Shown here: positions 13,990 through 28,015 of the stretch, piece after piece
How the letters are laid out: each line of letters opens with the position of its first letter
Position numbering within the stretch: position 1 is the stretch's first letter
Source: Dimorphilus gyrociliatus
Lineage: Eukaryota; Animalia; Annelida
Assembly: GCA_904063045.1 (NCBI GenBank)
Contig: CAJFCJ010000041.1
Location: 80,218 to 144,217 of the forward strand
Length of the DNA stretch: 64,000 nucleotides
Direction of reading: 5' to 3'
Program-made: the position numbers and the translations under genes
Notes under the pieces: generated by a model
What the model was told of the DNA's origin: nothing
The model's database searches: none
What the model saw: only the letters and a program-made list of their open reading frames with translations

Positions 13990-14469
13990 ATTGTTGGACT
14001 TATCCTATTAAAATTGTTACATCTTATGCAACTCTCCAACCTTTGAAATTCAACTATTATTTAGAAGAGGAAAACAATAAAAACATGACCATATTTAGAA
14101 CTTTTCTTTGTCTTCAAATGTTACTTTTGTTTTTGTGAACATTGAAATTTGTGAACTATCAACCCTTAAAAGAGTATATAAACCCTACGAAATTAACAGT
14201 TGATAGTTCAGTTTTCTAACCGTCAGCTAGTTGTTTAAACTAGCTTGTTTAGAACTAGAAGCTCATTTTACTCAATACATATTCTTTGGACAAAATACTG
14301 GTGTTTTGTTAATTAATTTCTACCGAAATTGCCTTTGTTAGACTATTTGTGGACGAACTTTAAAGGTTCTATTTGTTTGAGTACTTTGGCAAGTTGGTAA
14401 ATGATTGGAAAGGACAATTACAGTTGTGACGAACCAGAAATTCCTACAATTACAATACAACAAAGTACA
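13990..14469 (+). mobile_element. 3' half of Gypsy LTR family A
   Basis: Reverse complement of 48172-48650, ends in GTACA. Confidence 0.8.
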
Positions 14470-14505
14470 GAGAAATTTCAAGACAAAAATTTGGATTGAG
14501 AAATG

Positions 14506-15855
14506 TGTACAGTTAGAAATATCAACATAATAATATTTAGACTTTAGATATTATAGAACATTAGAAAGGCTTTTATTTATAGCAATTATAATGGTGGAAG
14601 TTTAGAAAAAGTGTTAATTCATGGAAATTATAATTGTAGAGCTTTAGAAAGGCTTGTATTTCGTAGGAAACAGATTCTTTGATCATAACTGATGTTGCAT
14701 TATGGAATTAACAATGGAACAAACTATATAGAAAAATGCATGTCAAACTTGTTACATCTTATTCAAAAACAGATGCAGAACAGCCAGGTTTGTTTTTGCA
14801 GTACTACATGTTAGCCATAAATGATGCAATAGTTTTTCATGTTTGTTATATGTTCATTGCTGTACTGCTCTTGCTGGCAAAATCTATGCATTTGCAAGTT
14901 ATAACAATACTGGTTCTACTCAAACCTTTAAACAAATGTTTAAATTAAAATGGTTTATTCGCAATAATAATACTTAAGCAAGTAACAATATGAGAGTTCG
15001 ATAGCAGAGTAGATAGTTTGTAAAAGCAGGTTGCCAAATTATCAAACTGTCTTCCAATGTTGAGGAGTAGATGGATGGTTCCAGTGGAGGTTGTTTCCAG
15101 ATGATTTTCTCAGGTCCTTGGGTCCAGATGGAAGCTGCATGCCAAATGAGAATAGTGAAGATTTATATACTTTGAGGTTTGTCTCTGACATCCAATCATC
15201 ACTTTACAGTTGCCGAAATGTGTAGTTCATATTTATGTGTAGTAAGAGGATGTTACAAGGTTCAACATTTAGGAAGGTTAATTGAATTATAACTTGGCCA
15301 CACCCTAGGCAAGTTAATTAAATTATAACTTGGCCAAACCTTTATTGGTAATTAAAGATGAGCCTTCAAGCTGACTAATCAGACTTATGTTCGGCCAATG
15401 TTATAGCATTTTCTTGAGTAGGTTTTAAGATGTACATGTATAAGTTGCATAACATAATAGAGTTCAAGCATGTAAAATATAACCAAAGTTGTACATTGTG
15501 AGACTGTTACATGTCAACTTTGTAATCTTTTGACAAAGTGAACACAAGCTTTGGTAAATGTATAAAAGGAAATACATTTCCCCAGTTTGTCAGTTCAGTT
15601 CTTTAACTATTAACTGGTTGTTTAAACTTACTTGTTTAGAACTTGAAACTCATTTACTCAATACATATTCTTTAAATGAAATACTGCCATTTTGTTGGTT
15701 AATTTTTACTGAATTTCATTTGTCAAGGTTACTTGTGGACGAATTTGAAAGGTTCTATTTGGACCAGTACTTTGGTGAGTTGATAAATGATTGGAAAGGA
15801 CAAATACTGTTCAGAAGAAGCAGAAATTCCTACAATTACAAGACAACAAAGTACA
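14506..15855 (+). mobile_element. Solo LTR (family A-related) containing a nested LTR-B
   Basis: TGTACA...GTACA termini, 5-bp TSD AAATG (14501-14505 / 15856-15860); 3' end homologous to LTR-A. Confidence 0.8.
14861..15495 (-). mobile_element. Solo LTR family B, full length, nested
   Basis: Reverse complement of 34931-35530 plus terminus; flanks TTGC/TTGT (4-bp TSD with one mismatch). Confidence 0.85.
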
Positions 15856-15904
15856 AAATGGTTAGGCAGAAGAAAACAGCAACTGATTGGACTTAGGAGT
15901 GTCT

Positions 15905-16205
15905 GCTCTAAGGGTTAGGGGTAATGGAAAAGGTTAGGTACAGCCAAGGACTGGGTTAGGGTTAGGGTAAAAGCACTGATTTGTGGACGTTTTCTGTCAT
16001 ATCCGGACATTGATATGTCTGTCTAGGGGCTGACAGAAAACGTCTGCAAGTGAGATTTTTGAAAGCAAGATTTCGGATTGAAAAATGGTTAGCAGGAGTA
16101 AAGTAGCTTTTGATTTGTAGTTAGGAGGGTTCTATCTAAGGGTTAGGGGCAATCAAAAAGGTTAGAGAGAGACAAGGGCTAGGTTAGGGTTACGGTTAAA
16201 CCATG
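15905..16205 (+). repeat. Two diverged ~90-bp units with telomere-like GGGTTAGGG motifs
   Basis: 15905-15995 and 16135-16225 share TCTAAGGGTTAGGGG..AAAAGGTTAG..GGTTAGGGT..GGA(C/T)GTTTTCTG. Confidence 0.45.
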
Positions 16206-16559
16206 CATTTGGGGATGTTTTCTGACCTGGGAGTGTTTTGCATGTAGCCCCAAACCAACCCAACCAAACCTAAACCCTAACTGCAAGTCCTAACTGAAGG
16301 TGAAATCACCCCTTATCTTAGATTCAGTGATATTTAATGATGTGGTAATGAATATGGCTCTGGCCTTCTTCATGCAAGTAGGATTGGTCATATATGTACA
16401 GAGGAAGGAATGGGACAGGTTGAAAAAGGCTGCTAGTGAATTTTTATAAAAATTGGAAATAGAAAGTTGTTTAATAAATATTATATGGTTTATTGAAAAG
16501 AATAAAAACATTTGACTACATATTTAATTTAACTATGAAAATAGATTTTAGAACAATTT

Positions 16560-17530
16560 TCTATAATTTGTAGTGCAGTAATTTGGCCATTCTTAAATGT
16601 ATCCCAAGTCTCAAATATTTTTCTTTGTAGGTTTACATTAATTTTCTTCTGATATCTTTTTCATTTTCTTTCACACAGCATCTTTTAAAACAGCGGTATC
16701 AGATCTGATTCCCTTTTTAATTCATTAACTAATTTGTAAAAAGATTGAGCACTTCCAATATTTAGGTTTAATCTATTATGGAATCCTTCTACATCATTAT
16801 TAGTTCTGATAGCTAAGTCAAATATTGACCAAGTAGCAGGTGTCCAAGTAGTATTGAATATCCAAGTGTTTTCCATATAATATAAGGGTTAGGGTTAGGG
16901 TTTCCAAGGTATTTAAATGAGCTTTTATTTTGTTAAATTCCTGGAGAATGATATCAGCAGGCAAAAAAGGTAAACCCATGAGAAGCTTTTTTGACTCCCA
17001 TTTTGGAAAATTTTAAATGATCCATCACTCCTTAGAACAACATCATCTACATCTTCAAGTGAGCTGTCTTTAGGTTGGTTTGCATTGTGATCATAAGGAA
17101 AATAATCATCTTTTGTATTCAAATGCTCCATTGTAACTTCTTCAGCAAAAACTCTTTGTGGTATTTGTGCATTTTTAATGACTACATTATCTATTGGTCC
17201 TTCTATTTGCTTAATTCTTCATCATCATTGGCAGATTTGTCTTTTTCATTATATTCAATCAAAAGATCATTAATGTCATCAGCAGGAGCTTCCACTTGAT
17301 TATTTCTAAAAATTTCTTGATGATCAATTCTCTTAGGAAGTTTTACTGTTAAAGTATTTTCATCGCATCTTCTTAAAACAATTTGTAATGAATAGTTGTT
17401 GATTTTCAGGCAAATTTGACAAAAGCCATCTATATATTAAGAAAAAAAGGTGTCAAATTGAAAAATATGAACATTTAACTTACCATTTAAACAAACCCAA
17501 TGAGTTGTATGCTTACATAGAGAGCATACA
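16560..17530 (-). mobile_element. Internally deleted PHD-FLYWCH-MULE relic
   Basis: VCSLCKHTTHWVCL and FCQICL (PHD halves), SFKIFQNGSQK (FLYWCH start), MENTWI..WTPATWS..RTNNDVEGFH (C-terminus). Confidence 0.65.
16885..16902 (+). repeat. Short interstitial telomeric repeat (AGGGTT)3
   Basis: direct reading. Confidence 0.8.
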
Positions 17531-17684
17531 CCTCTTTTTTGTTTATTAATTTTTTTCTTACAAGCATAACAGAGAGATGCCATATTGAAATTATCTTCTG
17601 AAGAAAATGAATTGTTTCACTGTTTAGAGAGTATATCTGGCAAAAATGATGTACAATAAATACATTACAGCATATTTGGTAAGC

Positions 17685-17775
17685 TTGAAGCCTTTTTTAA
17701 TAAGCTTCCAGCCTTTTTCAATCAGCTTCCAGCCTCTTTCAATCAACCTGCAGCCTTTTTCAATTACAGGCTTTC
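17685..17775. repeat. About 22-bp tandem repeat x4
   Basis: AGCTTCCAGCCTTTTTCAATC-like units. Confidence 0.6.
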
Positions 17776-18168
17776 TTAACCTAATCCCTGGATGGGGAAT
17801 CAGGGTTAAGTAATCCTGTTTTATTAGGATATTTGTTTACACTGCTATTGGCAACTCTTGGAAGTTATTTATTCTGATATAATTTTGTATTGATTCATGA
17901 ATGTAGCAGGTACTGTATCTATTTCATAGATCAAAGCATCAACACAGCTTTGGTATATATAAATTAACAAAACACAAGAGACACTATAGAATTATTAGGT
18001 GTTCAATATTCTCTGGCATTGTTTGCAACTGGAGATAAACAATAGGGATTTTCTCTGTTAAGAATTAAGATGTCTTTATGATTTTCTTTCAACATTATAT
18101 ATAAACCACTTTCCAAGGTGACAATTCCATATTTTCCATGTAAAAAATTACCAATCACTTGTTGGAGA

Positions 18169-19218
18169 ATGGACAAATTTTCTCTTAACCATCAAATTTC
18201 AAATCCTCAAAGATCAATTGTTATTGGCATTCCTACATTTTTATCCTTTTTCTCAACACTGATGGCTTTAATCATTCTTCCATATGTTCGAAATATACCA
18301 ACAGTATCAAAAATTCTATTGATTAACATATCAGTAGCTGACCTCTCAGTGAGTGTTGTTTCTTTCTCAACATCATTTCTGGCATCTATTGTGGGAGAGT
18401 ACTATTTCAGTTCCTTACTTTGTCAAATTAATGGTGTTATATTACTGACAGGTGGTATGATGTCCGCATGGAGTGTGTCAATAATATCTTTTGATAGGTA
18501 TATTGCAGTCAAACACTTTGATAAGTAAATTATTTTGTCATTTATGAAAATTTCCTTGAACATTCACTCTATTTGCCTTTTAATTCTTAGGTATAAAAAT
18601 ATTGTAACTAGGAGAAGAATTATCTTTCTTATAATATTCTCTTGGCTTTTTCTTTACTTATTTGGCTTTCTACCTTTAATTAAAATTCTTAATTTAGAAA
18701 GTTTCATTCTCCTCAAATCCGAATTGATTTGCGCTCCAGATTTTAAAATAACTCTACATGCAATGCTTTACTGTTTTGCTGGCCCTTTTCTGACGTTTGC
18801 AATTCTATTCTTTTCAACATTTGAAACTATTATTCACCTGAGGAGGCAAGCATTAAAGATTAATCCGCTAAATTCAACATTATCATCTTCAACTAAGAGA
18901 AATATAAAAGTTATTAAACTTCTAATATTAACAATGTCAGTATTCTATGTATTATGGATGCCATATATAGTCTGTGTTATTGGAAATTTGTTTAGTCATC
19001 ATTTTAGAGTTAAATCATCAGTTTATACCTTTTTTTTCTATTGGCTTGCAAGTCTTAACAGTTTTATCAATACTATAATCTATTCGTTAATCTTTTCATC
19101 TTTCAGGATGAGGATAATATTTATCCTTGACCTTCTCACATTTAAACAATTTTCAAACACCATTAATGGTATTAACCAGAATGTTTCAGTACTGAATTTA
19201 TCTAATGAACAAACATAA
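18169..19218 (+). CDS. Rhodopsin-family (class A) GPCR, 2 exons, about 327 aa
   Basis: join(18169..18524,18591..19218); NISVADL, C in TM3, SFDRY, WMPY and NSFINTIIY motifs; seven hydrophobic segments. Confidence 0.9.
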
Positions 19219-19439
19219 CACTGACCAATAATTGAATACCATTTTATTTCCTTTGTAAGTTTAAATATTAAGGACAATAAATATATTAGCTTTGATCCAT
19301 AATTTAAATTTATTGTCAACAGAAATTGTTTAAAAAACTAACCATCTCTTCAGATAGGTTAAATATTAATTAAGTATAGTTAACAGTTACAAAGGTATAA
19401 GCAATACTTTTAATATCCATTATTATATATACTTCCTCT

Positions 19440-20339
19440 CCATACACTCATCCTAAATTTACTGCACAGAGTCATAACTGGTTAGGTAGAATATAAAAAT
19501 GGTCAAATATACAATCCACATGTTTTCTTGATTGTTGGACTTATCCTATTAAAATTGTTACATCTTATGCAACTCTCCAACCTTTGTAATAAATTGTGCA
19601 CTTTGGAATTATAATATAAAAAATTATAATATAAAGACTTTAGATAGATCTTATTTTAAAGGAATTAGAATAGTGGAACATTAGAAAAAAACCACTTTTT
19701 GATGGAATTAATAACTGAAACCTAAGAAAGACCTTATTTAGTGGAATTAGATGCTTTGAATTCTAGAAAGGCTTTTAGTTTGCACAAAGTATAATTCTCT
19801 GAACAAAACAGATGTTGCCACTGTGGTATAAACAATGGAACAAAGAACAGGAAAAAATGCATGCCAAAATTGTTACATCTTATTCAATAACAGATGCTGA
19901 AAACTAAGGCTTGTTTTCGAAGTACCACATGCATAACCTATATGATATAACTGTTTTTCATACCTTTGATGTATGTTCATTGTAAGATCATTACATTTCA
20001 ACTTTGCGTTCCTTTGAACAATTGAACCCAAGCTTTGGAAAATGTATAAAAGGAAATGCATTTCCTCAGTTCATCAGTTCAGTTTTAACTGTTAGCTAGT
20101 TGTTTAAACTTGCTTGTTTAGAACTAAAACTCATTATACTCAATACATACTCTTTGCACGAAATACTGGCAGTTCATTGATTAATTTTTGCCAGAATTGC
20201 GTTCGTTGAGACTACCTGTGGGATGAACTTGAAAGGTTCTATTTGGACCAGTACTTTGGTTTATTGGTAAATGATTGATGAGGACGAATTCAATCATAAT
20301 GAAATCGAGGTTCCTACAATTACAGTACAATGCTGTACA
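19440..20339 (+). mobile_element. LTR-A fragment followed by solo LTR A' (19595-20339)
   Basis: 19595-20260 nearly identical to 30507-30779 + 33488-33740; ends GTACA; no clean TSD. Confidence 0.75.
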
Positions 20340-21310
20340 ATTTCATCTAAATTATTCTCCCTACTCCTCCTGAAAACTACGCTTTGACCCTCAATGGGTA
20401 CAATTTTACCTGTGTAAAGTGTCAGCCCTATTCTCTGTTAACTTATGGGAAGAATCTTTCACTTTGTTTGTTAATTAATTTATTGTGTTAAAAAAATTTA
20501 TCAATCATGGAATAGAGCTGGCGGATGCATGTGTACAGGCTCACACTGTTGTCATGTAGCTTGACCTGGTATCATGTCCTGTGGATACAACAAAGTAAAG
20601 ATGAAACCTTCAAAATGGTTTCTTAGTCATTTCAACAATTTCCTACCCAGAAGAATTGAAATTAAAATGTGAGCTTACAAAAAGAACATAAATTGACTCT
20701 TTAAACAGTCATTGTGGTTAACTTTTCACAGTTCAACTATTCCAGTACCAACAATCTGCTGGCAAACAACAGTTTACATAAATTCAAACCAGGATCCTAA
20801 CTTTACAGCACCTTCATACCAAGTATTATTTTTCAATTCAAGTCATTATACTTAGGCCAGAGTTGTAAAAAGTCAGAAACAATAACCATTATACAATTAC
20901 TAGTGCTCCTAACATTGAAATTATTCTCATATTTCTAATTATACATTAAAAAATCTATTGGTGAATGATTCATTTTGTTCAAAATAAAATGCTTATGTCA
21001 TAATCACAATATTGAAAAAAGTGACCTTGACATTACAGTATATTATCGTGGGTATACAAAATGTGGTTATTGAAAATACTGAAAACATTAAAACTGTTTC
21101 ACAAAGTCAATTTCTAAAGGAGAAAGATTTTAAATTTGTGTATAAATACAACTGGAGGTAAGTTTTTCTCTATTGATTAATTTCTGTAATATTCATAAAA
21201 TGTAACTGGAGAATTGACAGCACAAACAGGAATAATAAAAGTGTTATGGTTTTAAACAAAATTTCTTATGGTTCAACCTATTATTTTTGCTTTTCAGTTG
21301 GATTATCACT

Positions 21311-23268
21311 ATGGAAAAATCTGATATGTCTGAAACCGATTGTGTTTTTCAAACTGTAAGCAAACTGTCTGAATTGTCTTTGCAGATTTTGTCAACACAC
21401 TTTCAAGAGATGATGACATATTATCTAGACAATGAGGTTAATCTGCCATTTGGAATTTCTCAACAAATTTTCTCATTTGTAAATAATTATTTACTTGGAT
21501 TAAATGATAAACAATTAATGTATTGGAAACATATGCAAACACCTTTAAACAGATTTTCTTTATATGGAAATCACCTTGAAAATGTTGACAGTTTATCATT
21601 CCTCAAAGAACAATCAATAAATTATTTGGAATTGAGATGTTTTGATTATAGCCTTTTCCACCAATTGTTCAATTACATAAACATTCAAGAAATTAAAACT
21701 CTTATTCTAACTGATTGTAGAGGAATTGAAAATATAGTGAAATCTCTTCAATCCATGCAACTACTAAAAGTTTTTGATGTCAGTGGAACAGATTTTAATA
21801 GTTCTGATTTCTCAATATTGTGCAATAATTCCATGTTTTTAGAAGATATAAATATATCTTATACAAGTGTTAGAAAATTAGATTGTATTGTTAATTTGAA
21901 GAATTTAAAAATCTTCCAAATGATGATGAAATATTCACATGTAAATTACAAAGAATTTTATCATCTAATCAAATTAAAGAATTTAGAAAAACTTGAAATA
22001 CAACTAAATGTATTTAAAACTGAAAATTTTGAAAAAATTGCCAATGAAACAATATGGAAGAATCTTCAAATTCTTATTATTGGAAATTTCGATGTAATAG
22101 ATGATGAAATTCATTTAAGGTAGTATTTCTTATTTTTTCTGATTATCCCTTTATTTCTTTTAAAAATACAGAAATTTTATTCATAATCATAAAAAATTAG
22201 AAATTATCAACCTAATTTGCTCTGATTCTATCAATGATAAAATATATTATAGAGAATTGTCAAATGCAAATTCATTGACTTTGATTGATATAAATGAGAT
22301 AAATGTAAGTAAACAATATTTTCTTTTAATGTTATTGTTATTATTTTATTATATTGTAAACCATTAGGAGAACACTTTTCATGATTTAAAAATTCTTTCC
22401 AAAGTATATAAACATTTGAGAAATGTTCCTAATGAAAATTTATTACTGTCATTGCAAAAAAGGATTAGGTTACTAAAAAAGAAATCTCCAAAATCTTTAA
22501 GTAGATCCTACTACACAGTAAGTAATATTTATAAATGAAGCACAATTGATAGTTCTCCGTGTTAAATTATTTGATAACAGATTGTTTATAATGAAATGGA
22601 ATGTCTGACAAAATATGTGCCTTATAGCTTGAGAGAAAGGATTGTCATGGAACGTTTGTCAGATATTTTTAAAACTTTGAGATTGTTTAAGAAGTCTAAT
22701 CAACCAATTTTTGACAATATTATTCTTTTATGCCTCAGATATATCAGAGCTCTTCAGCATAGATTACGTTTTCATGAGAAATTATGCAATTTTTATTCCC
22801 AATTTCTTTCATTAATCATTGCAAATTGGAACTCTTTAAAACATGTAAAAACAATACTTATTTTTGTTTTTCAAAACTCAAATCACAATCATTTTAAAAA
22901 TTATTTTTTTCTCAGATTCAGTTGGAAATATTGACAGTTTTACTTTCAATATTCAATATTAATACTGCTGTATCTCCAAATATGAAAAAACTGAAAAGGC
23001 TAATTGGAAAATGTGATTTTTCTAATGTACATTTTAAATATTATGTAATATTCAGTCAAACAATATTTCTACACTAATTTCCATATTTCAGCATTCCATA
23101 AAAGATATATTAAATTTTTGGGAAGTTATTAGCCCTATTCAAAAGGATCCAAAAACTAATAGTTTAAGCAGACGTCAGAAATTGGCTTTCTGTAAAATTT
23201 TAGATGATATTTGCAAACAATGTCGTGATACTGTAGAGAAGAGATTGTCCAATTTGTACAAACTTTGA
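21311..23268 (+). CDS. ZYG-11/ZER1-like VHL-box LRR protein, 6 exons
   Basis: N-terminal VSKLSELSLQIL...LPFGISQQIF (BC-box and Cul2-box-like), LRRs (LKVFDVSGT, LEDINISYT), helical C-terminus; five GT-AG introns keep the frame to TGA 23266-23268. Confidence 0.75.
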
Positions 23269-23699
23269 TGATTTAAAATCATCTTTTTAGAAGTCAATTT
23301 AATAGGCATGAAATCCCTTGAAATGTTTCAAGTGGGATCCTAATTGACATGGCCAGGTAACTTTAAATGCCTTTTTTATGCATTTGAGTGATAAAATGAT
23401 TACTAAGAAAATTCATCGAGTTCTGTTTTGAAAATCTATTTTTTACTGATTATCATATTGAATATTTTGCCAATTGTTCATATTATTGTTCTTGTTGCTT
23501 AAAGTCAAAAATCTATAGATGCTTTTGAAGATAAAGAGGTATTCTAACATTCAAGATTACAGAGAACTTCTAAGATGTTGGCCTAAACCAATTGTTTATT
23601 GTAAAATGATTTTTAGTATAAAAATACAAATTTCTCTAAGAAAATAATATATGCTCCCTAAAAAGAAATGGTTATAAATAACCATAATAAACATTTTGG

Positions 23700-24600
23700 T
23701 TATAACAATTATCTATTTGTCAAAATTTGATATGGTATCTATTGAACAAAATTGAAAATACAAGTTCAACATAAACAGGAAGTTGAAACTATTGTTAATT
23801 GTATTGAAAAATTTTCTGAAATATTAAACACTGTTTCTTTCAAATTTTGTGATTTGAGTGAAAATCAATGCAAACTCTTTGAAAATTTGTTAAAGAAATG
23901 CTCAAAAATTAAGAATATCAGTATCAGATTTTGTACACATACATTCGTCAGCTATATTCTACAATAGAGAAGTAGTATTGAGCCAGTATTGTACTATGCA
24001 GATAGCACTGATAAAGATAAGCAGTAGTGACCTAGTTTCGCATGGGGCAGTGCATACACATTATGCAGCAATAAAACCTATTGAATTATATAAAGAATAT
24101 TTGCTATTTGCAACCTAGCATTAATATTACAATTTATTAATCCATACATTTATGATTTTGAACTAAAACTAGTTCAATTAATTATCAATTATGCTTAAAT
24201 TCTAAGTTTAGATTATATTCACTATTCAACAGTATTGTATACACAATACTGTTCTTCTTAACATGCATTAATCAGATATACTTCCTCTGCATATGCTGAT
24301 GCTAAGTTTACTAACTCAATCAATTGAATATCATTATTAAGGTAGAATATAAAAACGGTCAAATATACAATCTACATGTTTTCTTCATTGTTGGACTTGT
24401 CCTACTAAAATTGTTACATCTTATGCAACTTTCCAACCTTCAAAATTCAACTATTATTTAGACGATTACAGTTGTGATGAACCAGAAATTCCTACAATTA
24501 CAATACAACAAAGTACAGATTTAATGAAAATATGAAGAATGGAATCTTTGAAATACTGAAAGGACTGGAAATGAACATTTTTACATTAAACTCTTTATTA
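23700..24600 (+). pseudogene. RNI-like LRR gene fragment interrupted by a solo LTR
   Basis: Removing 23932-24517 and one TSD copy gives continuous KCSKIKNISIRFNENMKNGIFEILKGLEMN. Confidence 0.65.
23932..24517 (+). mobile_element. Solo LTR family A (internally deleted)
   Basis: TGT...GTACA, 5-bp TSD GATTT on both sides; matches both ends of the Gypsy LTR 48172-49106. Confidence 0.9.
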
Positions 24601-24629
24601 TTGTATGCTTTCTATTCCAAAAATTTGGA

Positions 24630-24790
24630 GTTTCTATAGAAGCATCTTTACACATCACTTTGATTTTTTTGGGCTCTTTTGTTTTTTTGAGTTTCCAACT
24701 TGGACACCATTGTGATTGGTTTTCTCAGGCTTTCTCTGGCCAGTGTCTGACATCTAGGATGCAAGGTATTTAACAAATGTAGAACATCCT
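24630..24790. repeat. Dispersed repeat also at about 38190-38400
   Basis: GGGCTCTTTTGTTTT..AGTTTCCAACTT.GACACC.TTGTGATTGGTTTT shared. Confidence 0.55.
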
Positions 24791-25120
24791 AATTATAAAC
24801 CTCTTTGAAAAGCTTCCATTAGTTTCATTTCTTTCATTGTTGCAACCAGTTGTGAATTCATTGGCCTGGGTGGAGAAAATTTCTTTATAAATTTATTTGC
24901 TCTGTAACAAAGCAAACCCCACTCTCACATTTACTTCAAGGTAAATAGTTTCTCTTCATACTCCTTTTGATCAAGATAAAATTCCTCATGGAGGGCTTTC
25001 CATATATCCTTTACAGTAGGCTCTTTATCAAGAGCTCGCACCAAACCCCTTGCAGGACCAGTTAAATAGTCCAAAAGATTTGCTTTCACCATATCTTCAC
25101 TAAACTAACCATAGGCTTGA
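24790..25120 (-). mobile_element. Gypsy gag relic
   Basis: LLDYLTGPARGLVRAL..KDIWKALHEEF..and LMEAFQRGL parallel the gag at 47038-48168 (YTTGRARDVI..EIWDALDEEF..TVFRNGL). Confidence 0.6.
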
Positions 25121-25619
25121 CTTGCTTGATTAAAGTCTTCCTTGAATTTTGAAAAAAAATTGAGAGAAATGTCAATTAAAGCAGGGTAAATCCAGCTTTG
25201 TCATCATTGAAGAAAGTATTAGTCCAAAAGGAAAAGATTTTCTCTCGCATGTAGGATATGGGAGCTCAAAATGAAAAAAGCATATAAACTTTTGTTGAAA
25301 GTAAGTAAAACTATTAGTGTAAAACTTATAATCCTTTATTTTCAGTATAATATAATATTATTCTTTATCATATAAGGGTGCCCAGTGATATATTACTCAA
25401 AAATATAATACAGGCAAAGAGAGAACAATACCTGATTCAAAGCACTTGACACAAATTGTAGATATTATCATGGTTATCTGCTTGTTAGAATTTTCGGAAC
25501 CAAATTGTCCTGCTTGTGGAATTTATTACAAGGAATACACTCTTATTCAATTGGATTATATCTAATCATTTTCAGTCTAAACCTTCTCTAGATACAACAA
25601 GGTATTATTGTATTTGTGC

Positions 25620-25865
25620 CATGTACCGATGAAGGATGCCATATACCAAGGAGTACCTTAAAATATCTTAAGAAAGAGGAGGTAATTCTTTTGCAAGATT
25701 GGCCAGCCCAGCGTCCTGATGCAAGTCCTGATGAAAGTTTGCAATAACACCTAAAAGGAAGGGTTGGTAAACATCTCTGCACAAATGTAGATGATCTATA
25801 GAGAGTAACAGAACAAAAATTTTAAAAAATTTTAAAAAGAGACTAATTATTTGTCTTTTCAATAC
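25620..25865 (+). mobile_element. Tc1/mariner transposase relic (C-terminal catalytic part)
   Basis: DEGCH..TLKYLKKEEVILLQDWPAQRPDASPDESL*HLKGRV resembles the WPxxSPDLNPIE motif; stops present. Confidence 0.7.
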
Positions 25866-26179
25866 AATGATTTGAACAAAAACAGTGAGGATTTATATAT
25901 TTTGAGGTTTGCTTCTCATATCCAATCAGCACTTTCCAGTTGCCAAACTCATTCATATCTATGTTCCACTATTAATGATAAAAATACTTAATTATACACT
26001 TTAAAGAAAAAATTAAGAACTTTTTCACAATTGAAGATAATACTCTAAACTTGTTCAACAATCTAAAATTTGAACATTTTAATTGTTTGAATTTGTCTAC
26101 CTTCTTTAACCCTGACAATGATTTTATGTACCTTTGTACTGACTTTTTTGCAATGGTTTTGTTATCAATCATTTGATTG

Positions 26180-27236
26180 TTATTTGAAAGAAAGATGGAT
26201 GAATATTTTATGATAGCTGAGAATATAAGTAATATAAAATATATTACTTGAATCAACATAAAACTTGATGGAGTAAGTTCTAAAATGCTTTACACAATTA
26301 TGCTGACATAGTTGTAAATCAATAATTTGTCCAATCTGAATATTTTCCTTTTGAATATCCATAGATATGGCCTAAAAAAGAGGGAGATTTGTTAATGGTT
26401 GTGTTGGTGTTTTTTGAGAAAGATCCTTTTTATACTTACTGCAGAATCTCCATATGAGTTTCTGGTATTTGCTATAGCATTACCTTTGTTATAATGATTC
26501 AGCACAAAAGGAATATCAATTTCCTCTACAGGCACTGTATCATTTAATTCCAATGTTGGAACACAGTTAATTGGACCATCTGGTAATGTGATTAGAGTAA
26601 TTAATTTATATTTAATCCCTCCCAAGTCTGGCATTCTTCCCCAAATTCCAATATAACTTTTATCTATTTGCTTTCTGTAAAATTTAATTTTTCTTAGAAT
26701 TCCATGACAGAGAAATTTATATTCAGTTAATAAAACTGAATAGTCCCCACCACTTTCTACTCTGTCAATTGGATCCCATTCACACACATTTTGCTGGTTT
26801 GAACAAACTGGATTTTTTTCTATAAAGGAAGGCATCAACTATTTAGAAAGAGAACATTACTAAGAAAATGTTTTATATATTACTGTAGACATTCTTTGTG
26901 ATAAATTGCAAGTTGAAGGCATAATATTTCCCATGGATTTGTGGATTAAAATTGACAGGTATAAAAACTGGTAGATTCAAAGAATATATAGAAAATGTTA
27001 AATTTAAGTAAATAAAATGGGTATTCACCTTGTAAAATGGTACATTTCCTGAGGAATTTCCTACATATTGTACAACTTTGGTTATATTTTACATGCTTGA
27101 GATAAGTTCTCAAACCATCAGCTTTGTTATTTAAACTTCCTTGTTTAGAGCTGGAATTCTTCAAATTGATGACAAAATAAATATTTATCACAATATTTGC
27201 AACATTCAGAAACACAGGTGTAGAAAAAACTATCAT
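26180..27236 (-). other. Open exon-like segments of an unrecognised Cys-containing, probably extracellular protein
   Basis: 148-aa ORF (FLCHGILRKIKFY...YIGIWGR) and flanking LQLCQHNC segment. Confidence 0.35.
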
Positions 27237-27929
27237 TGCCTTGAAAACTTAGTATATCTCTTTTAAAATATACCAATTCAGCATCCATTATTGAAATTAA
27301 TGACAACTAAAGAGCATAAAGAAAAATTCACTGCATTTAATGATAATGCTCCATTAATTTAGTGGAATTATCTTCCAACTTTTTAAATACTTGTGTTTTC
27401 TCCTCTTTCATATGCTACAAATCGAAAATAAAAATAAAATTGGCAAAAAGTTTAGCTCACAGTGTCCTTAAAGATTATCTTATTGATTTATAGGAAAAAA
27501 ATTAATTTTATTGTGACTGTTTTTTTAAGATTTTTTTTCTTTACAATATAAGAATGTGAACACTCTAAGGTTTTTGTTTAATTAAGAAAATTCTTATTCA
27601 TCTATATAGGACAACTATGAATAATAGTTCCTCTTATCATATGTTTAAAAACAATCAATAAGATAAAGGCCTATAGTTTTGCATTAGGCCACTGAGAATG
27701 ACCAATTAAGTGATGACAAAATTTCAAGAGTGACAAGAAAGCAAACATATTAAGTTCAACTTGTTATGTATTTCTGGAAATTTTACAATTTCAAAAGAAA
27801 ATACCAATATTTAAAGGGAAATCCTTATCTTTAAATCCCCAAACCTCTCTTTTCTTATAAAGTTAGTAGATCCTAAAGAGTCTCAAAAAATAAATTACTG
27901 AGTATGTAGGAAAATATTACAAATTTTTC

Positions 27930-28015
27930 CAATGGGAATTGTTTTAAATGTCAATTTTGGTGTATTTTTTCATTGACTGGTTCTCAAAAACAATTGACAC
28001 TCTTGAAATGTGAGA
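27930..28015. repeat. Fragment of repeat family C
   Basis: Matches 38725-38810. Confidence 0.5.
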
